A program made the position numbers and the translations under genes. The notes under the pieces were generated by a model that was not told the DNA's origin, did no database searches, and was given only the letters and a program-made list of their open reading frames with translations. Of a stretch of DNA of 40,810 nucleotides, positions 36,420-40,810 are shown piece by piece; position 1 is the stretch's first letter; every line of letters starts with the position of its first letter. Origin of the DNA: a virus; UHGV virus genome UHGV-0204427, one strand, 5' to 3'.

Positions 36420-38074
36420 TGGAGGAAGTTAAGAAAACAGGATTGACCTTTATAGATACCAGGCGGCTGGCCAATATATCCTACAAGGATATCAAAAATG
36501 GTTTTGTAGGCTTCGGCTATTACCTGAAAATCATCCGGGATGAAAAGCTGTGGCAGGGACAAGGTTATGACAGCTTTAACGAGTTTTTGGGTGATGAATA
36601 CGGCAAGGACAAGTCTTGGGCGTCCAGGTGTATCAACCTGTATGATAAATTCGGAATCCCGGTAGAGCCAGGGGAACTGCCGAGGCTGGAAGATGCATAT
36701 GAGTCGTACAATGTCAGCCAGCTGATAGAGATGATACCTATGCAGGAGGAGTTGCAGGAGCAGGTCACCCCGGATATGTCGGTCAAAGCCATCCGGGCAC
36801 TGAAGCCAAGAAAAGAGAAGAAAGTTGCGACCGTCGCAACCCCGGAGCAAGAACCAGAGCCCCACCAGGAAGCCCAGACGGAGCCAGAGCCGGAACCGCC
36901 CCGTCCGGAAAAGTCTGGGAAGTGCATCCACCGGCCAGAATTTGACTGCACCCTGGAGGAGGCCCATAAGCTCATCCCGGGAACCGGGGAGGACTGCAGC
37001 CGGGTGTGCTGCTGGGAATGCGTCAGGCGCGGTGACTGTGAGTTGGAATGTTATAGTTCGCAGCGGCGCCCGGAGCATCTGGAACCCCCAAAGACAAAGC
37101 CGGATTGTCTGCCGCTGGATACCGCGGATACGCACCGGGAGGAAACGGCCATCCCTTCCCAGAAGGAATGTGTTCTGGACTTCTATCAGCATCACATGTC
37201 CAAGCCGTGTGCGCAGGCCGCCAATGACGGGAACGTGAAACTGCTGAGGCAGGAGCTGATAATCAATCACGGAGAACCCCATAACAGCGGGTCAACGGAG
37301 TACGGCTTTTATCAATGCGGCCCGGAACGGATTCATTTTCAGGATAATATGTGCGAGACATTTCTGAGCTTGACCTGGGGGAAGTACGTAAAGGAATTAC
37401 TCAGCCTCTTGGGGAGTGCTGAGGATGAGGCATCAGAACATGAAAACGATGTTCCAGGTATGCCAGAATCCCAGGATACCGTGATTGATGGTGAATTCAC
37501 GGAGATTTCAGAAACGGAGGAGGACATCCGGGCCCCGGAGGAACCCATGACCGAGCTGCAGATTGCCCAGGATGAACTGGAGCGTGCCAAAAAGCTGCTT
37601 AATGATGGGCTAAAATGTGATGTGGATGAAAATGACATACATATCCGCCGGCTGAAAATAAAGGTTTGCGCCCTGGCCAGCTATGTGTGCGATTTGGATG
37701 ACATCGTGAACCCTCCGCCGAAGCCAGAGCAGCCGGAACTGCCGGTGCTTAAGAATAATGACCAACGGGCTGCCTTCGTGGATGCATATGAGACGTGGCC
37801 GTTATGGATTGAGACGAAACAGACCGGGGAACGGTACTACCGGTATGACCTGGAGGACGGCACCAGCATGGTGGTGAAGGTATACCACGCAAGGATATTC
37901 GATGGATATGCGTCAGGAAGCTATGAGGCCAAATATCATGATGGTTACGGCCGGCATGAGTACTATCTGCTGCGGGATGGGAAGTTCTTCCGGGATTGCG
38001 ATACGAACCGGTCATTGCTGATTGAGAAACTGAAAGAGATTCAGAAGGTGAAAAAAGGCTGTAACCAGAATTAG
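36416..38074 (+). CDS. 552-aa hypothetical: N-terminal globular domain, acidic/Pro-Glu linker, Cys-rich segment (…CIHRPEFDC…CSRVCCWECVRRGDCELEC…), C-terminal domain
   Basis: GTG/ATG start 36416/36419 with RBS GAAAGGGG. No confident family assignment. Confidence 0.5.
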   Translation: MMEEVKKTGLTFIDTRRLANISYKDIKNGFVGFGYYLKIIRDEKLWQGQGYDSFNEFLGDEYGKDKSWASRCINLYDKFGIPVEPGELPRLEDAYESYNVSQLIEMIPMQEELQEQVTPDMSVKAIRALKPRKEKKVATVATPEQEPEPHQEAQTEPEPEPPRPEKSGKCIHRPEFDCTLEEAHKLIPGTGEDCSRVCCWECVRRGDCELECYSSQRRPEHLEPPKTKPDCLPLDTADTHREETAIPSQKECVLDFYQHHMSKPCAQAANDGNVKLLRQELIINHGEPHNSGSTEYGFYQCGPERIHFQDNMCETFLSLTWGKYVKELLSLLGSAEDEASEHENDVPGMPESQDTVIDGEFTEISETEEDIRAPEEPMTELQIAQDELERAKKLLNDGLKCDVDENDIHIRRLKIKVCALASYVCDLDDIVNPPPKPEQPELPVLKNNDQRAAFVDAYETWPLWIETKQTGERYYRYDLEDGTSMVVKVYHARIFDGYASGSYEAKYHDGYGRHEYYLLRDGKFFRDCDTNRSLLIEKLKEIQKVKKGCNQN

Positions 38075-38096
38075 GATTTTGTGAAAGAAGGTAACT

Positions 38097-38312
38097 ATGA
38101 AAGATATAAAGTGTTCTGAATGCGAACATGCTAAATGGTCAGAGTATTTTAAGGCGTATACCTGTGAACACCCAGGCTGCAAGGATGCGCCGATATTTAA
38201 AGGTAAGACGCACCCAAGATGCTGCCCTATAGTTAATCCAAGAGGCTATTATCATAGACCAACTAAGGGGCTTGGGACATTACCAAAAACACAAGTATAT
38301 TTTCATGTTTAG
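38097..38312 (+). CDS. 71-aa Cys-rich small protein (CSECEH…C…C…CC)
   Basis: RBS GAAGG. Eight Cys. Confidence 0.4.
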   Translation: MKDIKCSECEHAKWSEYFKAYTCEHPGCKDAPIFKGKTHPRCCPIVNPRGYYHRPTKGLGTLPKTQVYFHV

Positions 38313-38354
38313 TTCATCTAAACTGATATTTGTGCTACGAAGGGAGATTAAATC

Positions 38355-38597
38355 ATGTGGAAGATTATATTTACATACCCCGATGGTGTTAAGGTGAAAC
38401 TGACTAACAGTTCCATTCCGATGGATAAGCGTCTTGCTAACAAGTATTATGATATCTACGGCTATAACTCTGATGGCGGGATATTCCAACAGTATCCAAA
38501 GAAAAAGTACAGGCCTATGGCTATGGCCACTGTGGTGGACATCCTGAATGCTGATGGAGATTTAGAGAAAGAGATATTGATTGATGCGGATGATTAG
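38355..38597 (+). CDS. 80-aa hypothetical (low GC)
   Basis: RBS AGGGAG 8 nt upstream. Confidence 0.4.
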   Translation: MWKIIFTYPDGVKVKLTNSSIPMDKRLANKYYDIYGYNSDGGIFQQYPKKKYRPMAMATVVDILNADGDLEKEILIDADD

Positions 38598-38606
38598 GAG
38601 GCTGGC

Positions 38607-38807
38607 ATGAGAAAGAAAGGCAGTAAGCAGTCCAAGGTCAGCCGCATCGACCGCAGCAAGGCCCTGGCCGCCCAGGCCGACGAGGCAATCAAAGAGCGCA
38701 TCCGGACGGCGCCGGCCTACATGTACACTAGCCTGTGCCCGGTTCTGGAGCTACGCCGGCCGCCGAAGGGAGTGATTGTACGTGGCATCAAGACCTGTGT
38801 ACTATGA
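38607..38807 (+). CDS. 66-aa basic hypothetical (high GC)
   Basis: RBS AGGAGG 7 nt upstream. Confidence 0.35.
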   Translation: MRKKGSKQSKVSRIDRSKALAAQADEAIKERIRTAPAYMYTSLCPVLELRRPPKGVIVRGIKTCVL

Positions 38808-39060
38808 CTTGTATGATTGTGGCCAATACGACGGCCGGTACAGAGCAGCGGAGCTGATGGTAATGTTGGGTATCCGGCACCGGCAGCAGATAGAGCATTA
38901 CAGTGATGTGGGTATCCTGTACCAAAAGCGATATACCTTTGTGAGGGTGGAGGATGGGAACGCGTCAGAACTGGCCGATGAATGGGACAGGGTGACGCAA
39001 GCGTTGAAGGGATGTGGGTACGATTTGGGAAGAATACCGATTGTGGTAAAACGAGTATAG
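38776..39060 (+). CDS. 94-aa hypothetical overlapping the previous gene by 32 nt (TTG start)
   Basis: RBS GAAGGGAG. An in-frame stop lies immediately upstream, so not a simple fusion. Confidence 0.3.
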   Translation: MYVASRPVYYDLYDCGQYDGRYRAAELMVMLGIRHRQQIEHYSDVGILYQKRYTFVRVEDGNASELADEWDRVTQALKGCGYDLGRIPIVVKRV

Positions 39061-39069
39061 ATAAAACAA

Positions 39070-39201
39070 GCCGGGGGAGCACCCCGGCAAATAAAAACAG
39101 CAGGACAGAACGTATGTGCGAAAAAATAAGCGGTGGACACCCGCCAAGATGTTTACCACCGCCAAACTAATACGTCTGAGCATATTATATCTGACTCAGA
39201 C
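39070..39201. promoter_or_regulatory. cluster of three inverted repeats upstream of the tyrosine recombinase: GCCGGGG-gagca-CCCCGGC (39070-88), GCGGTGG-N19-CCACCGC (39130-62), GTCTGAG-N14-CTCAGAC (39174-201)
   Basis: Read directly. Candidate terminator, recombination site or operator. Confidence 0.35.
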
Positions 39202-39245
39202 AGCTAAATCAACAGGAAAATAATACCAGGACTGAGGAGGGTAAT

Positions 39246-40271
39246 ATGATGGCAGAACAGGTGAATATAGATCGAGTAATCATGCAGGTAATGGATAATG
39301 TGACGCAGGTGGTTGAGGAACAGGAACGGCTGAATGAGGTCAAACAGATATTGTATATGTGCCTGTCCAGGTTTCAAATATTTGAGGAGGAAACAGCGCT
39401 TTCTGTGGACGTGGACCGCACGGTGGAGTACTTGAAACAATATCTTCTGCAGATGAAGTTGGATGGATGTACTGACGGGAGCATTCAGGGGTATAAGAAT
39501 AACATTAAGAACATGCTGAATTATATCAATAAGAATGTGACTGAGATTACATACCAGGACCTCAAGGGATACATGGCCTATGGGAAGCTGGTCAGAAAAT
39601 GGAAAGACAGGACTTACAACAGTCAGCTGATATCCATTCGTAGTTTTTTCTCATTCCTTTATGCGGAGGATATGCTTCCGGATAATCCGGCCAAGAAACT
39701 TAAGGAAACTAAGGTGGAATACCGGATAGGTCCCACACTGCAACCCGAGCAGCGAGAAATGGTTAGATGCGCATGTGCGGATGAGCTGGAGCTGGCAATA
39801 TGTGACATGTTATATGTGACAGGGATACGTGTGTCTGAGTTGTGCGGCATGAATCAGTCAGACGTTGACTTTAATCGTAAGACGGCAATCGTATATGGGA
39901 AGGGGCGTAAGGAACGCCAGGTATGCCTCAATGGACAGGTAGCCCTGCACCTTTGGAGATATCTTCAAAGTCGGAATGACGACAATCCAGCCTTATTTGT
40001 TTCCCCACATGGACAATGCAGGCGCATCGGGGCCCAGACGGTTAGGAATATCCTGAAACGAATTAAAGAGAGGGACGAAGAGTTGGCGGATGTCAAGGTC
40101 ACCCCGCATGTGTTCCGCCGTACTGTGGGAACCGATATGATTAACAAAGGGGCGCCGGCAGAGATAGTGAAGGAGGTACTGGGCCATGTCAAGATTGATA
40201 CAACGCTTAAGTGCTATGCAGCTATTAGTAAGGACACCGTGCGGCAGGCACATGCACGCTTTGTAGGATAG
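39246..40271 (+). CDS. tyrosine site-specific recombinase (XerC/D-phage integrase family) with N-terminal SAM-like domain
   Basis: 'TGIRVSELCG' (Arg I). 'HVFRRTVGTDM' (H-x-x-R). 'LGHVKIDTTLKCYAAIS' (His…Tyr nucleophile). Confidence 0.8.
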   Translation: MMAEQVNIDRVIMQVMDNVTQVVEEQERLNEVKQILYMCLSRFQIFEEETALSVDVDRTVEYLKQYLLQMKLDGCTDGSIQGYKNNIKNMLNYINKNVTEITYQDLKGYMAYGKLVRKWKDRTYNSQLISIRSFFSFLYAEDMLPDNPAKKLKETKVEYRIGPTLQPEQREMVRCACADELELAICDMLYVTGIRVSELCGMNQSDVDFNRKTAIVYGKGRKERQVCLNGQVALHLWRYLQSRNDDNPALFVSPHGQCRRIGAQTVRNILKRIKERDEELADVKVTPHVFRRTVGTDMINKGAPAEIVKEVLGHVKIDTTLKCYAAISKDTVRQAHARFVG

Positions 40272-40283
40272 GAGGATTCAAAA

Positions 40284-40736
40284 ATGGCAGATAAGAGCAT
40301 ATTAAAACAATATGCAAGCATGATAAAAGAGGCAGAAGACGAAGAACGCAGAATACGGAATTTAGAAGCAGAAATTAGGTCTATGCGGCCGCTTGATAGA
40401 GAAGTTACAGATGTTGTGACAAGAGGAAAACGAGGAAAGAAACCACTCGGAACCTGTGTGATTCGTGGAGAGAACGACCATTCGGCCATCAATCGGAAAC
40501 GTGCCAGGCTTAGGGAGAGGAAAGCAAAAAAGGAGCTTCATGTATCCAGGATTGAAATGATGGTTGCCGATGCGGAAGAATATATTTACAGCATTGATGA
40601 TAGCGAATTAAGACGTATTACAGAATTTTACTGTATTGACAGAAAAAACTGGGATGAAGTAGCCGAAGCAATGGGAGAGGGGTATACTGCTGAGGCTTGT
40701 AAACAAAAATTTTCCAGATTTATGCGCGTCAAGTAA
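40284..40736 (+). CDS. putative late-gene transcriptional activator (ArpU/RinA-like, C-terminal sigma-70 region-4-like HTH)
   Basis: C-terminus 'LRRITEFYCIDRKNWDEVAEAMGEGYTAEACKQKF' is HTH-like. Position immediately before the late promoter and packaging genes. Confidence 0.45.
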   Translation: MADKSILKQYASMIKEAEDEERRIRNLEAEIRSMRPLDREVTDVVTRGKRGKKPLGTCVIRGENDHSAINRKRARLRERKAKKELHVSRIEMMVADAEEYIYSIDDSELRRITEFYCIDRKNWDEVAEAMGEGYTAEACKQKFSRFMRVK

Positions 40737-40738
40737 AA

Positions 40739-40772
40739 TTGTCACGTTTGTCACGCTGATATGTGATATAAT
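40739..40772 (+). promoter_or_regulatory. activator-type late promoter: direct repeats TTGTCACG (40739-46, 40748-55), no -35, extended -10 TGaTATAAT (40764-72)
   Basis: Read directly at the 3' edge of the window, pointing toward the packaging genes if the sequence is circular. Confidence 0.45.
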
Positions 40773-40810
40773 TTAAAATGAGAAAAGTGTAAGCATTTAG
40801 GCATCCAGCA

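Noticed and set aside
36236-37282. Long antisense ORFs in the track: 348 aa minus-strand ORF here, also 29566-30192, 12341-12868, 16040-16549, 6723-7139
   Set aside because: They lie wholly inside well-supported + strand genes with domain signatures (SNF2, DUF2815, TMP, Tal, capsid). They lack RBSs and have low-complexity translations, so they are shadow ORFs of GC-rich coding sequence.
38607-39060. Possible frameshifted or pseudogenised single gene formed by ORFs 38607-38807 and 38776-39060
   Set aside because: The second frame has a stop codon immediately upstream of its TTG start and its own RBS (GAAGGGAG). Two short overlapping genes is the simpler reading, but it remains uncertain.
1-40810. 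CRISPR arrays, tRNA/tmRNA genes, rRNA
   Set aside because: No regularly spaced direct repeats and no cloverleaf-compatible ~75-nt segments were noticed in the few non-coding stretches. The palindromes found are single or paired regulatory-type sites, not arrays.

Overview
The window reads as a near-complete temperate siphovirus genome of a Firmicutes/Clostridia-type host, about 40 kb and almost entirely coding. From the left it runs: a small membrane protein; terS and terL; portal; SPP1-gp7-like minor head protein; a Prp-like protease, scaffold and major capsid that carry L27-type 'LQLFA' cleavage motifs; four head-tail joining genes; major tail protein; two tail chaperones; a 1189-aa tape measure; Dit; Tal with a C-terminal S74 autochaperone; a fibre/RBP. 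Then comes an AT-rich inserted island, XkdW/XkdX-like genes, a holin, and an NlpC/P60 endolysin with cell-wall-binding repeats. Right of the lysis cassette lies a low-GC moron (XRE HTH, ImmA/IrrE metallopeptidase, two tiny basic peptides), then a large serine recombinase on the minus strand. A lysogeny switch follows (cI-like repressor, perfect divergent σ70 promoters with operators), then an Abi-alpha-like gene and small early ORFs. The replication module is DUF2800 nuclease, DUF2815, family-A DNA polymerase and a VirE/P4-type primase-helicase, followed by an iteron/AT-rich origin-like region and VRR-NUC plus SNF2 helicase. Cys-rich proteins of unknown function, a tyrosine recombinase and a putative late activator come next, and the window ends in an activator-type late promoter. 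The late regulator and late promoter sit at the right edge while terS sits at the left edge, and the integrase is internal. This implies the window is a circularly permuted phage or episome sequence, or two abutting prophages, rather than one simple integrated prophage. No rRNA, tRNA or CRISPR was recognised. All functional calls rest on motif and architecture recognition by eye, with no searches run.
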